Origin: an uncultured Candidatus Rokubacteria bacterium | Lineage (GTDB): Bacteria; Methylomirabilota; Methylomirabilia; Rokubacteriales; DASRDR01 | Reading direction: 5' to 3' | Length of the DNA: 64,000 bases | Assembly (NCBI GenBank): GCA_963826115.1 | Contig: CAWGVS010000012.1 | Coordinates: forward strand, 544,001-608,000 | Shown here: one piece after another, positions 53,719-63,100 of the stretch | Layout: every line of letters starts with the position of its first letter | Position numbering within the stretch: position 1 is the first letter of the stretch | Notes under the pieces: model-generated | Database searches by the model: none | Seen by the model: only the letters and a program-made list of their open reading frames with translations | Told to the model about the DNA's origin: nothing | Translations under genes and position numbers: made by a program

Positions 53719-54015
53719 GGCGCCCGCTCCTCTCCCCCGACCCGTCGAGACGTCAGCGGGTCTGCCGGTATCCCTCGCGCCCGACGCTGGCGGTGGAGCG
53801 CTCGACCGAGAACTCGGGCGGTCCGGTCCTTGCCAGCTCCGACGCCGGTGGCGCGACGGATCGACCCCGGTGCTGCTGGACCCGCTGAGTTGCTCGAGCG
53901 CTTGCCGGCCCTCATGCCATAGCTCGAGCAGCCGGTCCCGGGCGCCCGGCGCGCAGCCCGACGATAGCGCACCCCACGGCGCGGGACGAGGGGCCGTGGA
54001 CGACCGATCATCTCC

Positions 54016-54052
54016 AAGAAAAACGAATCGGGGGCGTTGCCGCCCCCCGATC
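54016..54052 (-). terminator. Intrinsic terminator downstream of tRNA half 3
   Basis: ATCGGGGGGCG-GCAA-CGCCCCCGAT followed by TCGTTTTTCTT; homologous to 49799-49832. Confidence 0.75.
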
Positions 54053-54055
54053 AAG

Positions 54056-54227
54056 TGGTGAGCCGTGAAGGAATCGAACCTTCAACCTACTGATTAAGAG
54101 TCGGTTCGGGGCCCGAACTCCTACGCACTCAGGAGGAGCTAAGGCCACGACTTTTCTACGCGGCAGCGTGACGGATGTTCGCCTGCGTGGGGCGGAGTTC
54201 GCTTGAGTTTGGCACTGGTATGTCACC
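54056..54227 (-). mobile_element. att-like site 3: canonical tRNA-Lys(CTT) 3' half (54056-54102) plus arm repeats
   Basis: GACTCTTAATCAGTAGGTTGAAGGTTCGATTCCTTCACGGCTCACCA with no 5' half; TGGCACT (54210) and TGTCACC (54221). Confidence 0.85.
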
Positions 54228-54450
54228 GAGATTCGAGAGCTCCCACAGACCGAGCCACGGCCCATCGGGCCGCCTGGGACCTCGCGTCCTCGGACGCCTT
54301 CCCAGCGCCCTCGCGAACCTGCCGTCCTTCACATTCGTCCTGGGCCCATGTGGCGACATCGTCACCTAGCCGTCTGCCCGCCGATTGACGACGCATTTCG
54401 CGTCGAGAACAATGGGGCGGTCGTCCGCCGGCTCGGGTGCGGGGAGGCGC

Positions 54451-54515
54451 GTGCGAGACCAGGCGCCGGGGTCATCGTCGGTGGCGGTATCGCCGACTGC
54501 AGCATCGTCTACCAC
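54451..54515 (+). pseudogene. N-terminal relic of a GcvT/sarcosine-dehydrogenase-like FAD oxidoreductase
   Basis: GGGAGG RBS, MRDQA../VIVGGGIADCSIVYH with a frameshift. Confidence 0.55.
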
Positions 54516-54586
54516 GAGAGCGCGATGGGCCCGTTCAGAAATGCGCCAGTGTATGGCCTTTCCTTCGGGCTCACTCGGGAGGTGAG

Positions 54587-55582
54587 TTGCGTAAGACTCG
54601 ACGCCGGCAGTTTCTGATCGAGGCGGGCGCGCTCCTGGCGGCGCCGCTTCCGGGGTTCGCCCAGCAACCAGCCGCGACGGTCCCGCGAATTGGGTTCCTG
54701 GGAGTGGCCACGCCGGCGGCGTGGGCGACCCGCGTCGATGCGCTTCAAGCGGGATTTCGCGACCTGGGCTACATCGATGGCAAGAACCTCGTCATCGAGT
54801 ATCGCTTTGCGCAAGGTCGGTACGATCGTCTTCCCGAGCTCGCGGCCGAGCTCGTTCGCCTCAATGTCAAAGTCATCGTGACACACTCGTCACTGGGTGC
54901 CGTCGCCGCGAAGCAGGCAACCGCAGCGAATCCGATTCCCGTCGTCATGACGAATGTCGGCGATGCCGTGGGGTTTGGCCTCGTTGCGAGCCTCGCGCGC
55001 CCTGGCGGCAACATTACCGGCGACACATTCTTCACTTCCGAGATCGCGGCGAAGCGACTCGAGCTGCTGAAGGATGCGGTTCCGAACGTACGCCGCGTGG
55101 CCATCCTGGCAAATCCGGACACCCTCGTAACGGCGCCCGCCATCCAAGCCATGGAAGTCGTGGCCAAGGCGCTGAAGGTGGCGCTGCAGCGCTTCGACGT
55201 GCGGGATCCCGCTGCCCTGGACGCCGCGTTCAGCTCAATGGCGCGGGACAATCTTGACGGGCTCACCGTGATCGAGGACGTCAAGCTCATCAGCAGCTTC
55301 AAGAGAATTGCGGAGGTTGCGATCAAGCTCCGCCTCCCGTCGATTGGCTTTGTCGACTATGCCGACGCCGGAGGACTCTTCGGCTACGGCGCGGATTTTC
55401 TCGCCTTGTATCGCCGCGTCGCGGTCTTCGTGGACAAGGTCCTCAAAGGCACCAAGCCCGCGGATATCCCGATAGAGCGAGCCACCAAGTTCGAATTCGT
55501 AGTCAACCTGAAGACGGCCAAGGCACTTGGCCTCACCATTGCGCCGGTAATCCGATTGCGCGCGGAACGAATCATTGAATGA
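54587..55582 (+). CDS. ABC transporter substrate-binding protein (ABC_sub_bind type), orphan
   Basis: RRQFL signal; LVASLARPGGNITG and PTKFE-like ATKFEFVVNLKTAKALGL. Confidence 0.9.
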   Translation: MRKTRRRQFLIEAGALLAAPLPGFAQQPAATVPRIGFLGVATPAAWATRVDALQAGFRDLGYIDGKNLVIEYRFAQGRYDRLPELAAELVRLNVKVIVTHSSLGAVAAKQATAANPIPVVMTNVGDAVGFGLVASLARPGGNITGDTFFTSEIAAKRLELLKDAVPNVRRVAILANPDTLVTAPAIQAMEVVAKALKVALQRFDVRDPAALDAAFSSMARDNLDGLTVIEDVKLISSFKRIAEVAIKLRLPSIGFVDYADAGGLFGYGADFLALYRRVAVFVDKVLKGTKPADIPIERATKFEFVVNLKTAKALGLTIAPVIRLRAERIIE

Positions 55583-55699
55583 CCAGGCGCGGCGCGGTTC
55601 TTGGTACGTCGACCGACCCTCAGCTGAAGAAAAGGCCGAGCGACCCGACAATGGCGACCTAGCGTCCATCGCCAATCGCGCTCGGAATGCAGAAGCGAG

Positions 55700-55870
55700 T
55701 GGTGAGCCGTGAAGGAATCGAACCTTCGACCTACTGATTGAGAGACCGCCGGCGGACGTGAGCCACGCCAGTCCAGACCAACGGAGACCAAGTCTTTCAC
55801 GGGCTTCACCCGCCCTCTTCTGGGTCTGGTTGGGCGGGCACGGCGCAGGTTCTCGGACAATTCTCGGACA
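55700..55870 (-). mobile_element. att-like site 4: tRNA-Lys 3' half (55700-55746) plus arm repeats
   Basis: 3 mismatches vs the 54056 copy; TTCTCGGACA at 55850 and 55861. Confidence 0.8.
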
Positions 55871-55924
55871 GAGACCCACTGGCCGGACCCCGCTCCTCAC
55901 GCCTCCGGACCGAACCTGGCGTCC

Positions 55925-57316
55925 GTGACCTGGCGCGAGCGAGCCTACTGGGCGCTTCGAAGGCTCGACGGGACCCTGGCCACCGGGATCCTCCAGGAAC
56001 TGCGCGATGCGGAGCGCTGGCGTCCCGCCCGACTTCGCGACTACCAGGAGGGACGGCTCCGCGCGCTGCTCCTGCACGCCTTCGAGCACGTGCCGTACTA
56101 CCGGACCCCGCTCCTCGAGGCCGGGGTCGTGGCGCCGGGTCCCCCGGCCACCGTCGACCTCACGAACTTCGCCCGCTTGCCGCCGCTGGACCGGTCGATC
56201 CTGCGGCAGCAAGCGGTGCCGCTCCAAGACCGTCGGATGCCCGCGGGTCGGCACGGCTCGACCTGGGTCCTGACCGGCGGCACCACCGGCGAGCCGATCC
56301 GCGTGCTGCGGGACCACCGGGCCTACGAGCACGCCACGGCGGTGACCCATTGGTTCGACGAGTGGACCGGCCACCGGGTGGGGGAGCGGACGGTGCTCGT
56401 CTGGTTCAACCGGCTGAGCCGGCGGCCCCGCTGGGACGATCGGCTGCGTCGCCGGGTTGCGGCGTGGCTCCGGAACGAGATCACCCTCGGGAGTGACGTG
56501 CTGTCGACCGCCACCCTGGACGAGCACCTGGAGCGGATCGACCGGTTCCGGCCCACCCGCATCGTTGGATACCCCGGACCCCTGTGGGAGCTGGCGCGGC
56601 GCGCGGAGGCCACCGGGCGGGTCGTCGCCGCCCCGGCGACGATCCTGGTCTCGGCGGAGCGGCTGTTTCCCGACATGCGTGCCACGATCGAGCGGGCGTT
56701 CCGCGCCCCCGTGTTCGACCGGTACGGCACCGACGAGCTGGGCGGAGTGGCCTGCGAGTGCGCCGAGCACCGGGGTCTGCACGTGGCGGCCCTCAGCCAC
56801 TGGGTCGAGATCCTGCGGCCCGACGGAAGCCCCGCGGCGCCGGCGGAGATTGGGGAGATCGTCGTCACGTCGTTCGCGAACCAGGCCATGCCGCTGATCC
56901 GGTACCGGATCGGCGACCTCGGCGTCCTCGCGCCGGCGAGCGAGCCCTGTCCCTGTGGGCGCCCGTTCCCGAGGCTCCTGGAGATCGCGGGGCGCGTGAC
57001 GGATCCGTTCGTCCGCGCCGACGGCACGCTGGTCCACGGGCTGTACCTGCGCAACATCTACCGGACCGTGCCCTGGATCGCGCGCTTTCAGGTGATCCAG
57101 GAGACGGTGACCCGCGTACGGGTACGCCTCGTGGACGCCGAGCGCGCGCCCACGCCGCTCCTCACCCGCCGAGACGACCTCGCGCGGATCGCGACGCACA
57201 TCCGCGCGGGCATGGGACCGGAGTGCGACGTCACGTTCGATCTCGTGGACGAGATCCCGCTCGCCCCCTCGGGCAAGCATCGGACCACGCTGTCCCTCGT
57301 GCCGCGCCCGGGCTGA
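55925..57316 (+). CDS. Phenylacetate-CoA ligase/CapK family protein
   Basis: TGGTTGEP, DRYGTDE, MPLIRYRIGD and SGKHR. Confidence 0.85.
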   Translation: MTWRERAYWALRRLDGTLATGILQELRDAERWRPARLRDYQEGRLRALLLHAFEHVPYYRTPLLEAGVVAPGPPATVDLTNFARLPPLDRSILRQQAVPLQDRRMPAGRHGSTWVLTGGTTGEPIRVLRDHRAYEHATAVTHWFDEWTGHRVGERTVLVWFNRLSRRPRWDDRLRRRVAAWLRNEITLGSDVLSTATLDEHLERIDRFRPTRIVGYPGPLWELARRAEATGRVVAAPATILVSAERLFPDMRATIERAFRAPVFDRYGTDELGGVACECAEHRGLHVAALSHWVEILRPDGSPAAPAEIGEIVVTSFANQAMPLIRYRIGDLGVLAPASEPCPCGRPFPRLLEIAGRVTDPFVRADGTLVHGLYLRNIYRTVPWIARFQVIQETVTRVRVRLVDAERAPTPLLTRRDDLARIATHIRAGMGPECDVTFDLVDEIPLAPSGKHRTTLSLVPRPG

Positions 57317-57330
57317 GCGCCGCGCCGCGC

Positions 57331-58569
57331 CTAACCGCCTGAGGCGCACTCCGCGTAGAGGCGGCCGACGGCGTCGACGACGCGCTCAGCGGTGAACCGG
57401 CGGACGAACGCGTCCCGAGCCCCGCGGGCGAGCGTCTTGCGGAGCGCAGGGTCTCCGATCAGCCGCGCGAGCGCGGCGCCGAGCGCGGCGGCGTTGCCCG
57501 GCGCCACCAGAAGCCCGCTTCGGCCATCCTCGACGTCCTCCGGGATCCCGTCGCAGCCCGACGCCACGACGGGGATCTCGGCCTGGAGCGCCTCGATCAG
57601 CGACAGGGATCCGCTGCTCTCTCGAAGGGATGGCAGGACGAAGATGTCCGCAGCCCGGAGATAGGGCCCGGGGTCTGGCACGAAGCCGGTGATCGACACG
57701 GCCGCGTCGAGACCGAGCCGCGTGGTGAGGCGTCGATGGGGGTCGAGCAGCGGTCCCCCGCCGACCAGGCAGGCGGAGAAGGGCACGCCACGGGTGCGAA
57801 GGCCCGCGAGGGCCCGGAGGAGCACGTCGACACCCTTGCGGCCGTCGTGGCGCGATACCGCCACGATCAACGGGGCGCCGGTCGCGGGCGGGAGCCGAAG
57901 TGGCTCGTGCGAGGCGCCGGACGCCGTGGCGGTCCCGAATGCGGATTCGACCGTGTACGGCATCAGCCGGCACCGAGTCCCCAGACCGTACGAGTCCTCG
58001 AGAAGCCGGCGCACGGACTCGTAGTTCACGAGCAGCACGTCCGCATTCGCGTAGCCCTGTCGTTCGATGCGGTCCACGACGCGCCGGGACCAGGCGTGCA
58101 GCACTCGGTGCCGGACGCGAACCCCCCACCGGTACCCGGTCGCGACGCCCTCCACCGTCCCGTGGGTCTCGTACGCGTACGTCGCGTACGCGCTCACCAC
58201 GGCGGTCGCCCGGACGCCGTGTTTCCGGAGTCGACGGGCAGCCGTGACCCCGGCGGGCCCCCACAGGCCGAACGCATGGATCACCGCGCTCGTGAGTCCA
58301 CGCGATCGGACGAAGCGCTCGACGCCGCGGGCCAGCGTGGAGACGTGCCCGGGCGCCATCCAGGCGCGGTCCGGCCAGAGCCGGCACGCCTGGCGGTGGA
58401 GCGTGCCGAAATCGGTCTCGAGCCGTTCCGCGCGCGGCATGACCGAGAAGACATGGGGCGCGAACCCCGCGGCGATGGCGGCGCGCCCGTAGGCGCGGAC
58501 GTACGCCCCGTGGCCGCCGATGGACACGAACGGATCCTTGCCCGCCACCAGGAGCACTGGCGTCCCCAC
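57331..58569 (-). CDS. Glycosyltransferase family 4
   Basis: RHDGRKG and ADIFVLPSLRESSGSLSLIEA. Confidence 0.88.
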   Translation of the reverse strand: MGTPVLLVAGKDPFVSIGGHGAYVRAYGRAAIAAGFAPHVFSVMPRAERLETDFGTLHRQACRLWPDRAWMAPGHVSTLARGVERFVRSRGLTSAVIHAFGLWGPAGVTAARRLRKHGVRATAVVSAYATYAYETHGTVEGVATGYRWGVRVRHRVLHAWSRRVVDRIERQGYANADVLLVNYESVRRLLEDSYGLGTRCRLMPYTVESAFGTATASGASHEPLRLPPATGAPLIVAVSRHDGRKGVDVLLRALAGLRTRGVPFSACLVGGGPLLDPHRRLTTRLGLDAAVSITGFVPDPGPYLRAADIFVLPSLRESSGSLSLIEALQAEIPVVASGCDGIPEDVEDGRSGLLVAPGNAAALGAALARLIGDPALRKTLARGARDAFVRRFTAERVVDAVGRLYAECASGG

Positions 58570-58575
58570 GCCGAC

Positions 58576-58915
58576 CTACTCCAGGCGGTCCGGCAAGCGC
58601 GGATCGGCGAGATCGCGTAGGCCGTCGCCAACGAGGTTCAGGCCCCACACCGTGGCGCTGGTCACCAGGCCGGCACCCGCGCGACCCAGGGTGCCCGCTC
58701 GCGCGCGGCGACCCCGGCGACCACCATGCCGCCCCACGACGGGGCCTCGGGCGACGCGCCGACGCCGAGGAAGGCCCGCGTGGCCCCCGCCACGATCGCC
58801 TGCGCGACGCTCACACTGCACAGCACCACGAAGGTCGGCAGGATTTCCGACGCTACGTGACGCAGAACGATGCGCAGATCGGAGCGCCCGGTGGCGCGCG
58901 CGGGCTTGGACACCT
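58576..58915 (-). pseudogene. Frameshifted C-terminal fragment of a DppC/OppC-type ABC permease
   Basis: ARATGRSDLRIVLRHV..FLGVG..PSWGGM and, in another frame, NLVGDGLRDLADPR. Confidence 0.8.
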
Positions 58916-58950
58916 TCCATTCTGGGCGCGGGTTGGGTCTCCTGCGGCCC

Positions 58951-60120
58951 TCACGCGGCGACGCGCGCCCGCGAGGGAAGCTGGTAGAGCTTCGTGACGT
59001 TCTCGCTCGTGATCTTCCGGCGGACGCGCTCCGGCAGTCCGCCCAGGTTCTTCTCGAGGTGGCGCCGCGAGTCGGGCCAGAGGCAGTCCGGATGCGGGTA
59101 GTCGGCGCCCCAGATGATGTTGTCCTCCCCCACGATGGGGATCGCGGGCTCGAGATACTGATCCTGCTGGTACGTGGTGAATCCCTGGCGCCGGAAGTAG
59201 TCGCTCGGCTTCAGGGAAAATCCGAGCGATCGGCCGCGATCCTCGTACTCGGTGTCGAGGCGATCGAACACGTAAGGGATCCAGGTCACGCCGGCCTCGC
59301 CGAGGACGAAGTTGAAGGCCGGATAGCGCTCGCAGGCGCCCGAGGCGATCAGGGAGACGAGCACCTCCATCCCGTCGAGCTGGAACAGGCTCGCCCGCAC
59401 GAGGCGCCAGGTCACCGCGTATTCCTTCTCCATCTGCGGCGTGTCGGGCGCCCGCAGTCCCTTGAAGCCGCTGGAGTGGAACGAGATCGGGAACCGGCAC
59501 TCCTGGGCGGCCTCCCAGAGGGGATCCCAGCCGCGGTGATAGAGGGGCACGCTCAGGCGCTTGAACGCGAGATCCCCGCCCCGGAGCCCGAGCTTGGCGC
59601 AGCGCCGCGACTCGGCGGCGGCCAGGGCGGGATCGGTGTTGGGAATGATGGCGAGGGGAAAGATCCGGTCGGGATCGCTGCGCTTGGCAAAGTCCGCGGC
59701 CCAGTCGTTGTAGATCTGGTTGGTCCAGGCGCGCAGGTCCGCGTCCTCGATCAGCTCGTTGATCATGAGGCAGCCGTAGATAATCTCAGCGTCGACGCCG
59801 TCGCGATCGAGATCGGCGAGCCGGAGGGCCGGGGTGGTCGGCCGGGGCTGGGCGCCGGGGCGATAGTCCCAGGTGAAGCCGACCGCCTTCATCTCGTCGA
59901 TGTGGCCGAAGACGCCGGGCTCGTACTTCAAGAACCGCGGCCCCACCCCGTTCCACATGCCCTGGTCGCGCCCCTCCACGAGCCAGTGGCAGCCGTCCTC
60001 CCGTTCCTCCACGCGCGGCGCGAGGAGCTGCCACTTGGCCGGCGCCTGGGACGACCAGAGATCGGGCGGGCAGTAGGTGAGGTCGATGTGGTTGTCGCCG
60101 GAGATCAGTCGCTCGTGCAT
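58951..60120 (-). CDS. Amidohydrolase_2 family protein
   Basis: ISGDNH, LDRDGVDAEIIY, YNDW and WGADYPH. Confidence 0.88.
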   Translation of the reverse strand: MHERLISGDNHIDLTYCPPDLWSSQAPAKWQLLAPRVEEREDGCHWLVEGRDQGMWNGVGPRFLKYEPGVFGHIDEMKAVGFTWDYRPGAQPRPTTPALRLADLDRDGVDAEIIYGCLMINELIEDADLRAWTNQIYNDWAADFAKRSDPDRIFPLAIIPNTDPALAAAESRRCAKLGLRGGDLAFKRLSVPLYHRGWDPLWEAAQECRFPISFHSSGFKGLRAPDTPQMEKEYAVTWRLVRASLFQLDGMEVLVSLIASGACERYPAFNFVLGEAGVTWIPYVFDRLDTEYEDRGRSLGFSLKPSDYFRRQGFTTYQQDQYLEPAIPIVGEDNIIWGADYPHPDCLWPDSRRHLEKNLGGLPERVRRKITSENVTKLYQLPSRARVAA

Positions 60121-60182
60121 GGGAGCCTCCTATCCCGCTCAGACCGTGTGGCGTCGGTCGCGCGCGTTCCACGGGCGTCGTT

Positions 60183-63100
60183 TCAGCCGATCCCGTCGAG
60201 GGCAGCCTCCGCCTTCTTCAGCCAGAAGTCCATGCCCATCTCGCGATACATCGCTGTCGCGGTCGTCCGGTGCTTCCGCGCCTTCCCATGGTCTCGGCCG
60301 GCAAGCATCCCGAGTCCGAAGTAACAATGGGCCACGAGCGGGCGCATGCCGAGCTCCTCGGCGAGGGCGAGTGATTCCTGGTAGTGCTTCTCGGCGATCT
60401 CGACCTCAGGGGGATCGCAATGCGCGTGAATGTCGCCGAGGAGCCGGAGCGCCCATGCCTCGTGGCCGCGCTCTTTCCGGTCGCGCGTGAGGGCGAGAGC
60501 CTGCCTGGCGATTGACAGCGCCTCCTCGGGGTGACCGGCGAGCAGGTGTGCCTCGCCGAGAAAGGCGGTGAAGAGCGCGCGATGAACCAAGGGGGCCTTT
60601 GACCCAGGCTCCAGTAGTGGGAGCGCTTCGTCGCCTCGCCCGTCCAGTGCGTACGCGTACCCCAGGGCGGCGAGGAGCGCAGGCAGCTGGGACTCGATCT
60701 GCCACGCCTGGCACGTCGCGACGCCGCGCTCGAGCAGGGGGATGGCCTGCTGAACGTCTCCCCGGCGCACGCGCACATAGCCTGAGCTGAATAGCGAGAT
60801 CGCGACGCTGAATGGATGAGCGGCCAATTCCGCAATCCGGATGCCTTCGTCCCCGACAGCGAGCGCCTCGGTGAACTCACCACGCTCGGTGTGACACCAG
60901 GCTAGCCAGTTGCAGCAGGAGACCGATGGCGAGTACGGCTGACCGAAGCGCTCGGAGAGCCGATCGCCGTGGAGCGCCTGTAAATTGCCTCTGAGCAGGG
61001 CCATGGCTTCGGGATATTGACCCAGAACTCGAAGCGCATGGCCTAGAAAGGCAGTTGTCACGATCTGAAGGCCGAAGTCACTGACTTCGCGGGCGATGGT
61101 CAGGGCCTGTCGACCCGATTCCACGGCACGGTCGGGCTGGCCGTATCGGAGGAAAGAGTTGGTCAGGTGGGCAGAGACCCAGCCCAGCCGCCGCCGGTCG
61201 TCAATAACCCGAGCGAGGGCGTCGGCTTCGCGCAGGATGCCGAAGACCTGCGAGGTCTCGGCCAATGACCAGAGCGCGTTGCGCAGATCGAGCCGCACGT
61301 CGATGGCCTGTTCGATTGTCTTCTGGTTCTCGGGGACATGCGCGAGGGTGCTGCGCGCCTGCTCGAGGCGCCTCACTGCCTCACGATACGCGGAGCGGGC
61401 GAGCGCCTTGGCGCCCGCCTGGTGGAGATAGATGACCGCCTTCTCCCACACCTCTCCGCGAAGGGCGTGGTCGGCGAGGCGCTCGACTTGCTCTGCCAGG
61501 CGTTCTGGATAGAGCCGCTCGATGGCCTCGACGATCCGGGCGTGGAGGCCACGCCGCCGGTCGGAGAGCACGCCATCGTACGCCACGTCGCGCGTGAGGC
61601 TGTGCTTGAAGGTATACTCGACGTCAGGCGTGAGGCGTGTCTCGTAAAGCAGCTCGGCGCCCTGCAGAGCGGCGAGACCGTCACGCAGGGCGTCCTCGGG
61701 GAGCTCGATGAGCGCCTGCAGGAGCGCGAGCGGCGCGTCCTTCCCGATCACCGAGGCTGCCTCGAGCAGGCGTCGTGTCTCCGCGGGTAGTCGGTCGATA
61801 CGCGCGGCCAGGACGGCCTGGACTGTCGCCGGCACCTCGATCGCGTCGATCGGCCGGGCCAACCGATGCGCTCCCCGCTCGCCCACGAGCGCGCCGGTCT
61901 CGGCCAGTGTATGGACCGTCTCCTCCAGGAAGAATGGATTCCCTTCGGTGCGCTCGATCAGGAGTGCCTTGAGTCGCTGCAGCCCGGGATCATGGCCCAG
62001 GAGCGAATCGAGAAGCGCCTGGGCGCTCTCCGGCGGCAGCGAGTCGAGTCGGAGCTGACTGTAGGCCGCCTTGTTGCCCCAGACGTGCTGATACTCGGGA
62101 CGATAGTCGATCAGAAGGCATAACCGCGCGGTCGGAAGGCTCTCGACGAGGCCATCGAGGAGCGCCTGCGTCTCGGAATCCACCCACTGGAGGTCCTCGA
62201 GCACGAGAAGCAGGGGCTGAGCCTGAGCCTCCCGGAACTCGAGCCGCTTGACCGCCTCGAAGGTGCGTTGACGCCGCTGGGAGGGATCGAGGGCTTGCCA
62301 AGGCTTGTCGTCCACGGGCACGTCGAGCAACGCCAGCAGCGCGGATAGGCTGGGGCCGAGGGCCGGGTCGAGCGCGAGGAGCCGTCCGGTCACCTTCTCT
62401 CGAATCGTCGGCGGATCGTCGCGGTCCTCAATGCGGAAGTACGCCTTGAGGAACTCGATCACGGGCAGATATGGAGTCGCCTGGCCGTAGGAGAGTGCGG
62501 TCGCGTGCAGGACCAGCCAGCCCTGACCGCGATGCGCCTGCATGACCTCCCAGACGAGGCGGGACTTGCCGACGCCGGGTTCCCCGATGATGGCCACAAC
62601 CTGGCCGTGACCGGACGCGGCCCGTTCCAGGGCGCGGCGGAGCAGTTCCAGCTCCAGATCCCGACCAACGAGCGGTGTCATGGGACCGCGTGGCGCCAGG
62701 CCGGCGCGCTCGAACCCCTCGAGCCAGTAGCCCTCTGAGTCGCTGGAGTTGAGCGGCACCAGCTCGAACCGTCGCTCGAGCATCCGTGCGGCGGCGGTGC
62801 TCACCGTGATGGCGCCCGGCTCGGCGGCGGCGATCAGCGTCTCGAGCGCTGCGTACGCCTGGGACGTGGCCGCGACGTCGATCAGCATGCCCTCTCCCGT
62901 GTGCCCGACGAGACCCCGCGTCGCGTGAATCGCGATCCGCGTGCCGACATCCTGGGACGTGGCGCGTCGCGCGCGCTCGGCGGCCTTGCGCATCGCGATC
63001 GCGGCATGGGCCGCTCGCCTCGGAGCGTCCTCGACCGACTCGAGCCCGAACGCCGCCACCACGCTCAGCGGCCCCAATCCCTCGACGCGGCCGCCGAAGC

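Noticed and set aside
51823-54010. AsnB as a lasso-peptide cyclase
   Set aside because: The glutaminase domain is intact (MCGI), and no B1/B2 genes or plausible precursor lie nearby
37387-55746. tRNA halves as functional or split tRNAs ligated by the nearby RtcB
   Set aside because: No 5' halves or complementary leaders are present, the copies have decayed (T-loop, CCA and anticodon mutations), and the arm repeats fit att sites better
37387-55746. CRISPR-like array
   Set aside because: The repeats are tRNA-derived and kilobases apart, and there are no cas genes
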